From: Planctomycetales bacterium
Lineage (GTDB): Bacteria > Omnitrophota > Gorgyraeia > Gygaellales > Profunditerraquicolaceae
NCBI GenBank assembly: GCA_005239725.1
Contig: SBBM01000045.1
Span: forward strand, 33,724 to 97,723
Reading direction: 5' to 3'
Length of the DNA: 64,000 nt
Shown: in pieces, positions 18,555 through 29,619 of the stretch
Layout of the letters: every line of letters starts with the position of its first letter
Position numbering within the stretch: position 1 is the first letter of the stretch
Program-made: the position numbers and the translations under genes
The notes under the pieces: generated by a model
Databases searched by the model: none
The model's input: the letters and a program-made list of their open reading frames with translations, nothing else
Told to the model about the DNA's origin: nothing

Positions 18555-20376
18555 CGGCCCGTTTGATTATTCCGTACCTTCGGCTTTCGCGCAGAAAATA
18601 AAGATAGGGGCGCGGGTCAAGGTCAACTTCCGGGACAGGAAGAGGGTTGCCTATGTCGTCGGCTTAGCCGATAAGACAAATATCGCAAAGACCAAGCCTC
18701 TCTTGGGGCTTATTGACGAAACGGGCATATTAGATAAAAATATGCTTCTATTCACAAGGGAATTATCCGATTATTACTGCTGTTCCTGGGGAGAGGCCAT
18801 TGAGGCGGCATTGCCGGATGGCTTAAGAAAAGGCAGGAATATTCCCCAGTTATACAAGGTTTCCGGAGATACGTCGGGGGGTGTTGCCGCCGGGGGGAAA
18901 GCCAAAGAAGAGATTATTTTAGCGCACGACCCATGCCTTTTAAAAAGATGGGATATCTATATCCCGGAGGTAAACGGCGCGTTAAGTAGAAATAAATCCG
19001 CAATAATTTTATTACCCGGCAAAAATTTTGTTATTGCAGCCGAAAAAATAATCAGATCCGGGATTAACCCCGATGCCGGAATTTTATATAAAAGGGCCCC
19101 CCTTGAAATGGCTGAGTGGGCGAAAATAAAAAACGGCGAGATTAGAATTTGCGTCGGGATGCGTTCGGCAATATTTGCCCCCTTTACTAATTTGGGCCTG
19201 ATTATTATTGACGAAGAGCAAAGCGAGGTTTATAAGCAGGATCAGTCGCCGCACTATAATGCCAGGGAACTCGCCTTTATGCGCAGGAGAATTGAGGGGG
19301 CAAGACTTATTTTAGGCGCAGGCCTCCCTTCATTGGAGAGTTTTTACTTGGCCTCCAAAGGCAAGGCGCGATATATTCAGGTAAAGAGGGGGGGGCCTGA
19401 AATAAAAATTATAGATATGAAAAGCCATGTAGGCTTTCACGGTAAGAAAGGCGCCTTTCTCTCAAAATACCTGGAAGATTCCATGGCTTCTGTCCTGAAT
19501 TCATCCGCTAAGGTCCTTTTGTTTTTAAACCGCAGCGGCTTTGCCACGCACGCCGCCTGCCACGTCTGCGGTGAGGTTTTAAAGTGCCCGCGCTGCAATA
19601 TCAGCCTGGTCTATCATCTAAAGGAGGGAATTTTAAGCTGCCATCATTGCAATTTCAGGGTGCCGCCGCCTAAAATTTGCCCTAAATGCAGCGCCGGTTA
19701 TATAAAATATTCCGGTATCGGCACGGAACGTATAGAGAATGAATTGTGCCGGATGTTTCCAGCCGCAAGGATTAAGCGTCTGGATAAAGAAAATGCCCTT
19801 GACATCAATGGGGCGGATATATTCATTTCCACAAGTTCAATAATTAGGCAGGCAAGGGTCAAATTTGATTTAACCGGCGTATTATTTATTGATAATAGCC
19901 TAAACCAGATTGATTTCCGCGCAGCAGAGAAGGCCATGGCCCTCCTGGTTAACCTTTTGGGCTTGACGCAAAAAAAGATGGTGGTTCAAACAAGGATCCC
20001 CGGGCACCATTGTTTCGCGGCATTGCAGGCTAACGATAACGGCATATTCTATAAAGAGGAATTACGACAGCGAAAACAGCTTAAATTCCCGCCATACCGC
20101 CATATCTGTCTGGTAAAGGCCAGGGGAAAAAGCGAAGACAGGGTCAGGCTAGCGGCGGAAAGTTTATTCAGGGAATTGACTAATCATAATAACGATAAAG
20201 CTATCGAGGTTGTTTCGGTTAGCCCGGGAGCGCCTCCGAAATTACGCGGAAATTTTTACTGGCAAGTATTGCTGAAATCCCCGAGAGCCGAATTAATGAG
20301 TAAATTTTTAAAAACGCGCTTACGAAAAGTCCGTCAATCGGGTATAATAGTTACGGTAGACATGGACCCCCTATGA
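18520..20376 (+). CDS. priA: Primosomal protein N' with degenerate helicase motifs
   Basis: N-terminal FDY..P 3'-DNA-binding domain, RSAIFAP, four CxxC pairs, FPPY and VDMDP. Precedes fmt. Confidence 0.85.
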   Translation: MYAQVVLGLPISGPFDYSVPSAFAQKIKIGARVKVNFRDRKRVAYVVGLADKTNIAKTKPLLGLIDETGILDKNMLLFTRELSDYYCCSWGEAIEAALPDGLRKGRNIPQLYKVSGDTSGGVAAGGKAKEEIILAHDPCLLKRWDIYIPEVNGALSRNKSAIILLPGKNFVIAAEKIIRSGINPDAGILYKRAPLEMAEWAKIKNGEIRICVGMRSAIFAPFTNLGLIIIDEEQSEVYKQDQSPHYNARELAFMRRRIEGARLILGAGLPSLESFYLASKGKARYIQVKRGGPEIKIIDMKSHVGFHGKKGAFLSKYLEDSMASVLNSSAKVLLFLNRSGFATHAACHVCGEVLKCPRCNISLVYHLKEGILSCHHCNFRVPPPKICPKCSAGYIKYSGIGTERIENELCRMFPAARIKRLDKENALDINGADIFISTSSIIRQARVKFDLTGVLFIDNSLNQIDFRAAEKAMALLVNLLGLTQKKMVVQTRIPGHHCFAALQANDNGIFYKEELRQRKQLKFPPYRHICLVKARGKSEDRVRLAAESLFRELTNHNNDKAIEVVSVSPGAPPKLRGNFYWQVLLKSPRAELMSKFLKTRLRKVRQSGIIVTVDMDPL

Positions 20377-21329
20377 ACATAGTATTTTTTGGTAGCTCGC
20401 ATTTTGCGGAACCCTCGTTAAGGGCGTTGGTAGAGGCAGGGCATAAAATACCCTGTGTGGTAACCCAGCCGGATAGGAAAAAGGGCAGGGGCCTGCATTT
20501 ATCACCCACAGCCATTAAAACAATCGCACAGGAATTAAGACTTAAAGTTTACCAACCGGAGAAGATTAACGCTCCCACTGCGGTGGAATTTCTGAAAGGC
20601 CTGAATGCCGATTTATTTGCAGTCATCGCCTATGGGCAAATCTTATCTCGGGAAATCCTGGGAATGCCTAAAATCTTCGCTGTTAATGCCCACGCTTCAT
20701 TGTTGCCTAAATATCGCGGGGCCGCCCCAATCAATTGGGCAATAATTAACGGGGATAATAAAACCGGGATAACCATAATAAAACTGAATGAAAAAATGGA
20801 TGCCGGGCCGATAATTTTGCAGAGCAAGGTTCCTATCAACGGCAATGATACTTTCATTACCCTGGAGGATAAATTGTCCCGCGAGGCTGCCAAGGTATTG
20901 TTGGAATCCGTTAAATCTATTGAGAACGGCAATTATAAGTTGCTTATCCAGGATGAAAATGCGGTAAGTTTTGCGCCTAAACTTAAAAAATCCGACGGAA
21001 TGATTAATTGGGATAAACCAGCCGAGGATATACATAATCTTGTACGCGGGTGCCTTGGTTGGCCGGATGCCTTTACCTGCTACAATGGAAAATTATTAAA
21101 GATACTCAGGGCCAGGGTTAGTATATATGATGTAGAGGGCAAAAGTCCGGTTTCCCCTGATTCCGGCGAAGTGTTAAGCATTTCTAAAGAAGGTATTTTT
21201 GTTGCGACAGGAAAAGGCAATTTAATAATCAATGAATTGCAAATAGAAGGCAAGAGGATAATGGCAGCTGCGGAGTTCGCAAGCGGCCATAAAATTTCTC
21301 CTGGCGCAAGATTAGGGATGCCCGGTTAA
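20373..21329 (+). CDS. fmt: Methionyl-tRNA formyltransferase
   Basis: VTQPDR, NAHASLLPKYRGAAPI and MDAGP motifs. Confidence 0.97.
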   Translation: MNIVFFGSSHFAEPSLRALVEAGHKIPCVVTQPDRKKGRGLHLSPTAIKTIAQELRLKVYQPEKINAPTAVEFLKGLNADLFAVIAYGQILSREILGMPKIFAVNAHASLLPKYRGAAPINWAIINGDNKTGITIIKLNEKMDAGPIILQSKVPINGNDTFITLEDKLSREAAKVLLESVKSIENGNYKLLIQDENAVSFAPKLKKSDGMINWDKPAEDIHNLVRGCLGWPDAFTCYNGKLLKILRARVSIYDVEGKSPVSPDSGEVLSISKEGIFVATGKGNLIINELQIEGKRIMAAAEFASGHKISPGARLGMPG

Positions 21330-21336
21330 AAAAAAG

Positions 21337-21364
21337 TTGCATCAGAATAAAGAAGTGCTATAAT
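21337..21364 (+). promoter_or_regulatory. Sigma70 promoter of the galT pair
   Basis: TTGCAT, 16 bp spacer, TATAAT with extended -10 TG. Confidence 0.65.
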
Positions 21365-21372
21365 CCTTGTCT

Positions 21373-22404
21373 ATGCCTGAATTAAGAAAAGACCCGATTA
21401 TAGGACGATGGGTAATTGTTGCTACGGAACGGGCAAAAAAACCTGACCAGCTTATTGCCCCGGCGCAGCAGGAATTTCCTCAGGAAAAAGTCTGCCCATT
21501 TTGCGAAGGGCACGAGTCAAGTACTCCTCCGGAAATATATGCCGTAAGACCCAAACACACAACCGCGAATACCGCCGGCTGGGAATTAAGGGTTATCCCC
21601 AGCCTCACACCTTTACTGAAAATTGAAGGTAACCTTGAGCGCAGGGGGCGCGGCTTATACGACATTATGAACGGCATCGGCGCACATGAGGTAGTTATTG
21701 AAACTAACCAGCATATAGCAAATATGGCGGATTTGAAAGAGGAGCAGATAGCAAAAATATTGACCTGTTACATCGAGAGGATCATTGACCTGGAGAAAGA
21801 CCACCGTTTTAAATATGTTCTCGTATTCAAGAATTATGGCTGGTCCGCAGGCGGAGGTAAGGTCAGGCATACGCGCTCGCAGATAATCGCGACACCCGTT
21901 AACCCTAAACGTGTCAAAGAAGAGCTGGTGGGAGCGCGGCGTTATTATGAGAACCATGAAAGGTGCATATACTGCGATTTGATTGAGCAGGAATTGGCGT
22001 CGCAAGACAGGGTAATACTTGACATAGACGGTTTTATTGCGATTGTCCCTTTTGCCTCAAGGTTTCCATTTGAAGTCTGGATTTTACCCAAGAAACATTC
22101 CCCGGATTTTGTTGCGCTCGATAGCGGAGTACGCCTGGAGCTGGCCAAGGTCATAAAAAAGGTTTTATCCAAGCTTAAAAAGGGCCTGAATGACCCGGTA
22201 TACAATTATGTTTTGCATACCGCACCTTTCCGGAGGGAGAAGGCGGGTTATTGGAAAAGCGTTGATTATGATTACCACTGGCATATTGAGATAATACCGC
22301 GGTTAACCCGAGTCGCAGGGTTTGAGTGGGGGACGGGTTTTTATATCTGTCCGGTTACCCCTGAAGATTCGGCCAAGTTTTTGAGAGAAGTAAATGAGGC
22401 CTGA
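21373..22404 (+). CDS. GalT-family (HIT superfamily) paralog lacking the catalytic histidine
   Basis: ELRKDP, CPFC, GAHEVVIE and AGFEWGTG present, but HTRSQ replaces HPHxQ. Confidence 0.85.
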   Translation: MPELRKDPIIGRWVIVATERAKKPDQLIAPAQQEFPQEKVCPFCEGHESSTPPEIYAVRPKHTTANTAGWELRVIPSLTPLLKIEGNLERRGRGLYDIMNGIGAHEVVIETNQHIANMADLKEEQIAKILTCYIERIIDLEKDHRFKYVLVFKNYGWSAGGGKVRHTRSQIIATPVNPKRVKEELVGARRYYENHERCIYCDLIEQELASQDRVILDIDGFIAIVPFASRFPFEVWILPKKHSPDFVALDSGVRLELAKVIKKVLSKLKKGLNDPVYNYVLHTAPFRREKAGYWKSVDYDYHWHIEIIPRLTRVAGFEWGTGFYICPVTPEDSAKFLREVNEA

Positions 22405-22499
22405 TCTTATCAGGCAATCACAGGCATAAGTTTATCGGCCGAATTTACCCCACACCCAGAAAACCATAGCTATGTAGTTTGCTGGCTGGGTGTGGGGTT
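22395..22499. repeat. About 105-bp structured intergenic element, copy A
   Basis: TGAGGCC...GGCCGAA module plus perfect 13-bp stem ACCCCACACCCAG/CTGGGTGTGGGGT. Second copy at 28255. Confidence 0.85.
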
Positions 22500-22534
22500 G
22501 AATCCGCAATAAGAGAAAAAGGAGCGCGTATTCA

Positions 22535-23551
22535 ATGTCGGAATTACGCAGGGACCCTATCGGCGGAAGATGGATAATAGTAGATACCGACCATCCCAAC
22601 AGGCCGCAGGACTATGAATACGAGCCGGCTACCTGGAAGACCGGAAGCACATGTCCGTTTTGCTACGGGAATGAAGCCTTAACCCCGCCTGAAATATCTT
22701 CTGTGCGGGACCCCCATACGCATGCAAATACCCCGGGATGGCAGGTAAGGACTGTGCCAAATAAATTCCCTGCTTTGCAGATAGAAGGTTTAATCGATAG
22801 GCGGGGGGTAGGGATTTATGATATGTCTAACGGCATAGGCGCGCATGAGGTAATAATTGAGACTCCCTATCACGGTAAGGATATCCCGGAGTTGTTAGAC
22901 AGTGAGGTTGAAAATGTCATCTCCATGTATTGCCAGCGGGCGCTAGATTTGGCCAGGGATAGGCGTTTCAAATACCTGTTGATTTTTAAGAACTACGGCC
23001 CGGCAGCCGGCGCATCATTGGAGCATCCGCATACTCAATTAATTGCCCTTCCTATGGTGCCCAAGAACGTAAAAGAGGAGATTGACGGGGCGCGCAATTA
23101 TTTTGAATACAGGGAGCGGTGCGTATTCTGCGATATGCTGCGCCAGGAAATAGACGATAAAGAGAGGATTATCTCGGAGAATAAGTATTTTATATCTTTC
23201 TGTCCGTTTGTTTCGCGTTTCCCCTTTGAAATCTGGATTATGCCTAAGAAGCACATTGCCTGTTTTTGTTCAACCTCTCCCGAAGAGATATCTGCCCTGG
23301 CATCCATACTGAAAGATGTTGTAACCCGGACAAAAAAATTGTTTACCGAATTAAACTATAATTTTATTATTCATTCCATACCGGTAAACCTGGATACCAA
23401 CCCGGAAGGGTACCACTGGCACCTCGAATTTATGCCGAAATTAACCCGGGTCGCCGGGTTTGAGTGGGGGACGGGTTTTTATGTTGTGCCTACCCCTCCG
23501 GAAATAGCAGCGCAGGTATTAAGGGAAGAAAAGTTAAGTTACAGTATTTAA
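22535..23551 (+). CDS. galT: Galactose-1-phosphate uridylyltransferase family protein (intact)
   Basis: NKFPAL, AGASLEHPHTQ and AGFEWGTG motifs. Confidence 0.9.
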   Translation: MSELRRDPIGGRWIIVDTDHPNRPQDYEYEPATWKTGSTCPFCYGNEALTPPEISSVRDPHTHANTPGWQVRTVPNKFPALQIEGLIDRRGVGIYDMSNGIGAHEVIIETPYHGKDIPELLDSEVENVISMYCQRALDLARDRRFKYLLIFKNYGPAAGASLEHPHTQLIALPMVPKNVKEEIDGARNYFEYRERCVFCDMLRQEIDDKERIISENKYFISFCPFVSRFPFEIWIMPKKHIACFCSTSPEEISALASILKDVVTRTKKLFTELNYNFIIHSIPVNLDTNPEGYHWHLEFMPKLTRVAGFEWGTGFYVVPTPPEIAAQVLREEKLSYSI

Positions 23552-24655
<1,104 letters not shown>

Positions 24656-24658
<3 letters not shown>

Positions 24659-24777
24659 CGATATAGTATTTTTTATAAAAGGGACTGTCCCCGAAAGGGG
24701 CTGTCCCTTTTATATTCGCTAAATGGGGATAGACCTCGTCTTGTCTATTTCAAAGAAAGAGAAGAGACCTGTCCCCA
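24656..24777. repeat. Cluster of GGGAC-T-GTCCC hairpins (possible terminator of gap)
   Basis: TATAAAAGGGACTGTCCCCGAAAGGGGCTGTCCCTTTTATA, then TTCGCTAAA, then TGGGGATAG...CTGTCCCCA. Confidence 0.7.
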
Positions 24778-24786
24778 AAGAAAGAC

Positions 24787-27018
24787 ATGAACCTTATTTT
24801 AATTCCCTCAATTTTAATTATCGGCTTAAGCGGGATAATTGCCCAGGTCATAATTCTTCGTGAACTTCTGGTCAGCTTTTACGGCAACGAACTGATCTTG
24901 GGAGTTATCCTGGGGAATTGGGTTTTATCAGAAGCCCTCGGCGCTTTGTTTATGGGCAGGAATATTGATAAAGCCGAGAATAAGATAGATATCTTTGCGG
25001 TTTTGCAGGTAATATTTTCCCTGGCCTTGCCGCTCTCAATTTACGCTTCAAGGGTATTTAAAGGTTTCATCGGGATACCATTCGGAGAAGCCATAAGCCT
25101 TCCGGGGATATGGCTTAGTTCTTTCCTGATAATTTTCCCCTCCGCATTTTCCCACGGAGGTTTATTTTCTTTTTTGTGCAAAATATCAGGTATCGCCAGG
25201 GCGTATGTGTGGGAGACTTTAGGCACTATTGCCGGCGGATTAATCCTGACTTACCTGCTTATTCCATTCCTGAATTCTTTCCAGGTAGTTTTTATTGTAT
25301 CTTTTGCCAACCTTTTACTGCCTTTATTTTTTATCAGGAATGTAGGTCCTGGGAGCCTGAGGTTTTTGACAGTCGCCGTTTTCTTATCACTGGCGTATTT
25401 AATTTTAAACGGCGCGCCGGATTATCTCCACCGTCTCTCAATAACCAAGCAGTGGAAGGGGCAGGAAGTCTTAGATTACCGGAATTCCGTTTACGGCAAT
25501 ATTGCGGTGACCAAAAGCCGGGGGCAATATACATTTTTTTCAAACGGCGTGCCCATAATTGCTACGCCTTATCCTGATATAACCTTTGTTGAGGAGTTTG
25601 GTCATTTTCCGTTATTGCTCCATGCTAATCCAAAATATGTGCTTGTCATAAGCGCAGGGGCAGGGGGCCTGATAAACGAGATATTAAAGCATCCGGTAAC
25701 TAAGGTTGATTATGTGGAACTTGACCCCTTGTTGATAGGCATGCTTAAAAAATACCCCACTGCCTTAACTCTAAAAGAGTTCGGCGATACGAGAGTTAAC
25801 GTTATAAATTCCGACGGAAGATTTTTCCTGAAAGAGGCGCCTGATAAATACGACTTAATCTTTATAGGGTTATCCCGACCTGCGGATTTACTGGCTAACA
25901 GGCTGTTTACGCAGGAGTTTTTTTCCTCCGCCGGAAAGAAATTAAACCCCGGCGGGATACTTGCGCTGCATCTCCCGGGTTCCCTGGTTTATATAAGCGG
26001 GCAGCTGCGGGACTTAAATTTTTCAATATTAAACGGCTTAAATAACGTTTATCGCTATGTGCGCATTATTCCGGGCGATTATAATATATTTTTAGCGTCT
26101 TTTTCGCCGGGGGTAATTGAGGCAACGTCGCAATCGGTTTCCCGGAAGATTCTGGAGGGCAACATAACCACAAATCTGCTTTTGCCGGATTATCTTGACT
26201 ACAGGTTAAACCCCTATTGGGCGGATTGGTTTAACCTTTCGGCCAGGGGGGCAACGTCTAAAGCTAACAGAGACCTTGCCCCTTTCGCCTTATTTAAGAC
26301 GATGCTTTTCTGGAATAAGCAGTTTTCGCCGCAGGTAATGCGGGTTTTTGAGTTTTTTGAAACTTTAAATATAAGCGCCGTATGTCTATTTATAGTCTTA
26401 TTCACTTTGGCATTTTTTTATTTCTTCCGGCCAAATAAGAGGGAGGCGATAAGGGCGTGGATTTCTTACGCCATCTTTACAAGCGGATTCTTCGGCATGC
26501 TCATAAGCCTGCTTTTGATATTCAGCTTCCAGGTTTTCTACGGATACCTGTATAAAATGATAGGCATATTAATGAGCATATTTATGGCGGGTGTTGCGGC
26601 GGGGAGCTTTTTCATAACTCCCCGCGCGGAAAAAATGAAAAACGTCGCCAGATTTTTTGTCAGTTTTGAAATTATAATAAGCGCATTTACTTTATTGCTA
26701 GCCCTGATATTAAGCCTGTGGGGAAAATTTATCGGCCGGGCCCCGCTTATCTACGTCGGGCTATTTTTTATTCCGGGGTTCTTTCTGGGGGCAGAATTCC
26801 CCCTGGCCGGTCGCATATACTCCGCTAAAAAAGAGGAAACCGGAAAAACCGCAGGCAGGCTTTATTTTTCCGACCTTCTGGGCGGATGGCTTGCCGGCAT
26901 GTTAGGCGGCGTTTTATTCCTGCCGCTATTCGGGTTATTCAATACCTGCATAATTATCGCCTTCTGGAAATTGAGCAGCACTTTATTGTTTTTACCGATT
27001 CTTTCTAAAATCTTTTGA
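24787..27018 (+). CDS. Fused MFS-like membrane / spermidine-synthase-like SAM-fold protein
   Basis: N- and C-terminal TM bundles (AQVIILREL...GNEL; LYFSDLLG) around a SVYGNI...VELDP...DGR domain. Confidence 0.8.
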   Translation: MNLILIPSILIIGLSGIIAQVIILRELLVSFYGNELILGVILGNWVLSEALGALFMGRNIDKAENKIDIFAVLQVIFSLALPLSIYASRVFKGFIGIPFGEAISLPGIWLSSFLIIFPSAFSHGGLFSFLCKISGIARAYVWETLGTIAGGLILTYLLIPFLNSFQVVFIVSFANLLLPLFFIRNVGPGSLRFLTVAVFLSLAYLILNGAPDYLHRLSITKQWKGQEVLDYRNSVYGNIAVTKSRGQYTFFSNGVPIIATPYPDITFVEEFGHFPLLLHANPKYVLVISAGAGGLINEILKHPVTKVDYVELDPLLIGMLKKYPTALTLKEFGDTRVNVINSDGRFFLKEAPDKYDLIFIGLSRPADLLANRLFTQEFFSSAGKKLNPGGILALHLPGSLVYISGQLRDLNFSILNGLNNVYRYVRIIPGDYNIFLASFSPGVIEATSQSVSRKILEGNITTNLLLPDYLDYRLNPYWADWFNLSARGATSKANRDLAPFALFKTMLFWNKQFSPQVMRVFEFFETLNISAVCLFIVLFTLAFFYFFRPNKREAIRAWISYAIFTSGFFGMLISLLLIFSFQVFYGYLYKMIGILMSIFMAGVAAGSFFITPRAEKMKNVARFFVSFEIIISAFTLLLALILSLWGKFIGRAPLIYVGLFFIPGFFLGAEFPLAGRIYSAKKEETGKTAGRLYFSDLLGGWLAGMLGGVLFLPLFGLFNTCIIIAFWKLSSTLLFLPILSKIF

Positions 27019-27043
27019 CAAAGCGGGTATTTTACTATATATT
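27015..27043 (+). promoter_or_regulatory. Sigma70 promoter of pgk-tpiA-secG
   Basis: TTGACA, 17 bp spacer, TATATT. Confidence 0.65.
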
Positions 27044-27071
27044 ATGCCTTTAATGTAAAGGGGGTATTTTT

Positions 27072-28253
27072 ATGGGTAAGATGGCGGTTAAAGATATTGA
27101 CCTGAAAGATAAAGTTGTCCTGATGCGCGCGGATTTTAATGTCCCGCTTGATGAAGAATTGAACATTAGCGATGATACCCGCATACGGGAGACGCTCCCT
27201 ACAATAAAATACATACTGCAGAAGGGCGCAAAAAGGCTAATATTGATGAGCCACCTGGGCAGGCCGGACGGTAAGAGAGTAGACAAATACAGCCTTAAGC
27301 CGGTAGCCAAAAGGCTCCAGGAACTGCTCGCCGAACCGGTAAAGATGCTTGATGACTGCGTCGGCGATGCTGTTAAAGAGGGGACAACCCAGGCCAAGGA
27401 AAAGATTATTTTATTGGAAAATCTTAGGTACCACCCAGAGGAAGAGGCAAATGACGTTAATTTCGCAAAGGAGATTGCTTCCCTGGCTGAGGTTTTCGTG
27501 AATGATGCCTTCGGCACAGCCCACCGGGCGCACGCCTCAACGCAGGGCGTAACTAAGTTCTTGAAATCTGCCGCCGGATTTCTTTTAGAAAAAGAAATCC
27601 AGTACCTGGGTAATGCCGTGCAGAATCCCCAAAGGCCGTTTGTCGTAATTCTGGGAGGCGCGAAGGTTTCGGATAAGATAGGCGTTATTGATAACCTTCT
27701 TCCTAAATGCGACGCGATTTTAATCGGCGGAGGCATGGCCTATACATTTTTAAAGGCCCGGGGCAAGCCCATCGGGAATTCGAAACTGGAAAAGGATAAA
27801 GTTGACCTGGCAAAGGGCATACTTGACAATGCCACAAAGGCGAAGAAAGAGATTGTGCTTCCCATAGACCACGTTGTTGTAGATAAGGTAGACCCGGCTG
27901 CAAAAGCGGAAATTACCGGAGAGGCTATACCAGACGGAAAAATTGCCGTGGATATCGGACCCAAGACTGCCGCGTTGTTTAAAGAAAAATTAAAAAATGC
28001 CCTTACCATAGTCTGGAACGGCCCCCTGGGCATATTTGAAATGGATGCCTTCAGCAAGGGCACTGAGGAGATTGCCAGATTTATTGGTACGCTTAAAACG
28101 ACAAGTATCATCGGGGGTGGCGATACGGCAGCTGCCGTATCCAAGTTTAAGCTTCAGGACAAGATGTCCCACATTTCAACTGGCGGAGGGGCAAGTCTGG
28201 AATTTCTGGAGGGAAAAACCCTGCCGGGCATAGCCGCCTTAACGGATAAATAA
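27072..28253 (+). CDS. pgk: Phosphoglycerate kinase
   Basis: [24 protein letters not shown] and STGGGASLE motifs. Confidence 0.98.
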   Translation: MGKMAVKDIDLKDKVVLMRADFNVPLDEELNISDDTRIRETLPTIKYILQKGAKRLILMSHLGRPDGKRVDKYSLKPVAKRLQELLAEPVKMLDDCVGDAVKEGTTQAKEKIILLENLRYHPEEEANDVNFAKEIASLAEVFVNDAFGTAHRAHASTQGVTKFLKSAAGFLLEKEIQYLGNAVQNPQRPFVVILGGAKVSDKIGVIDNLLPKCDAILIGGGMAYTFLKARGKPIGNSKLEKDKVDLAKGILDNATKAKKEIVLPIDHVVVDKVDPAAKAEITGEAIPDGKIAVDIGPKTAALFKEKLKNALTIVWNGPLGIFEMDAFSKGTEEIARFIGTLKTTSIIGGGDTAAAVSKFKLQDKMSHISTGGGASLEFLEGKTLPGIAALTDK

Positions 28254-28254
28254 G

Positions 28255-28373
28255 TGAGGCCATAAGTTATGGAGCGATAGCGACATAAGTTATCTGGCCG
28301 AACTTACCCCACGCCCAGAAAACCATAGCCATGTAGTTTGTCGGCTGGGTGTGTGGTTTCGCTAAATAAAAAA
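28255..28373. repeat. About 105-bp structured intergenic element, copy B, followed by TTTCGCTAAA
   Basis: Closely similar to copy A from CATAAGTT (22425) to GGTT (22499). Confidence 0.85.
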
Positions 28374-28376
28374 TTT

Positions 28377-29150
28377 ATGAGCTCAAGAAAAACTATTATC
28401 GCCGGTAACTGGAAGATGTATAAAACCCTCAAGGAAGGGCAGGAATTAGCCGTTGCCTTAAGGAGGGAGCTTTTTCAAATAGAAAATGCCGACATTATAG
28501 TCTGCCCGCCGTTTACGTTGCTTGCCTATCTGGCAGATGCCTTAGAAACCAGTAATATTTCTTTAGGCGCCCAGGATACCTACTGGCAGGAAGAAGGGGC
28601 ATTTACTGGAGAGGTGTCGCCAGAGATGCTCAAAGATGCGGGGTGCGCTTATGTCATTATCGGACATTCCGAAAGAAGGCAGTATTTGGGTGAAACCAAT
28701 GAAACCGTAAATAAGAAATTAAATGCCGCCTTAAAGGCAGGCCTTACTCCTATTGTCTGCGTCGGTGAAAACTTAAGGGAAAGAGAATCCGGGAAGACCT
28801 TTGACGTTCTCTTTGGTCACATCGACAGCGGCCTAAAGGGCTTATCCGCTGAGGAGGCGCAAAAGATTATCATTGCCTATGAGCCGGTCTGGGCCATCGG
28901 AACAGGCAAAACCGCTACTCCCCAACAGGCGCAGGAGGCGCATAAATATATACGCAATTTACTGGCGAAGATGTATAATAATACGGCAGCAGAAGTAATG
29001 CGCATACAATACGGAGGAAGCGTTAAGCCGGAAAATATCACGGAATTGATGCAACAGCCGGATATTGACGGCGCCTTAGTCGGAGGGGCAAGCCTGGATG
29101 CCGGCTCTTTTTCCGCCATAGTCAAAAAGGCAAGCGAGGTAAAAAAATGA
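28377..29150 (+). CDS. tpiA: Triosephosphate isomerase
   Basis: AGNWKM, GHSERR, AYEPVWAIGTG and YGGSV motifs. Confidence 0.98.
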   Translation: MSSRKTIIAGNWKMYKTLKEGQELAVALRRELFQIENADIIVCPPFTLLAYLADALETSNISLGAQDTYWQEEGAFTGEVSPEMLKDAGCAYVIIGHSERRQYLGETNETVNKKLNAALKAGLTPIVCVGENLRERESGKTFDVLFGHIDSGLKGLSAEEAQKIIIAYEPVWAIGTGKTATPQQAQEAHKYIRNLLAKMYNNTAAEVMRIQYGGSVKPENITELMQQPDIDGALVGGASLDAGSFSAIVKKASEVKK

Positions 29151-29533
29151 TGGCGTTTGTAATTGCGATACATGTAACCGCATGCATCGGGCTGATTATC
29201 ATTGTCCTCATCCAATCCGGAAGGGGCGGAGGCCTGGTGGAAAATTTATCGAGCCTGGAGTCGGTGTTCGGCACAAAGACAAATGCATTTTTGACCCGGG
29301 CTACAACCGTGCTTTCAGTAATATTTTTTGTAACCTGTCTTAGCCTGGCAGCATTATCTATAAGGCAAAGCAGGTCTTTAATGCAGAATATTAAACTCCC
29401 GGCGCCGTCTGCAGCAGAAGATGAGGCCAAAGAAGGGGCCGCGCAAAAAACAGAAGACTCGGTTCGGGAACAGCCTAAGACAGAAGCGCTAAAACCGGAA
29501 CCCGCAACAAAGGAGATGCCCAAGGCTGAATAA
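29147..29533 (+). CDS. secG: Preprotein translocase subunit SecG
   Basis: VLIQSGRGGGL...FG...LTRAT. Follows tpiA. Confidence 0.95.
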   Translation: MMAFVIAIHVTACIGLIIIVLIQSGRGGGLVENLSSLESVFGTKTNAFLTRATTVLSVIFFVTCLSLAALSIRQSRSLMQNIKLPAPSAAEDEAKEGAAQKTEDSVREQPKTEALKPEPATKEMPKAE

Positions 29534-29567
29534 ATCGCAGGCAGGAAGATATGCGCATCATGAAATG

Positions 29568-29598
29568 AAGCTACCGTTTTTCGAACGGTAGTTTTTTT
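29568..29598 (+). terminator. Rho-independent terminator
   Basis: GCTACCGTT-TTTCG-AACGGTAGT stem followed by a T-run. Confidence 0.8.
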
Positions 29599-29619
29599 AT
29601 TTTTCCCGTGTAATGGCCT

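Noticed and set aside
10704-19395. Poly-G tracts (G7 in O-antigen ligase and waaF, G8 in priA) as phase-variation switches
   Set aside because: Short, in frame and explained by Gly/Arg codons, with no evidence of variation.
29534-29619. tRNA-Leu often found after secG
   Set aside because: Only a terminator hairpin is present, with no cloverleaf or T-loop.
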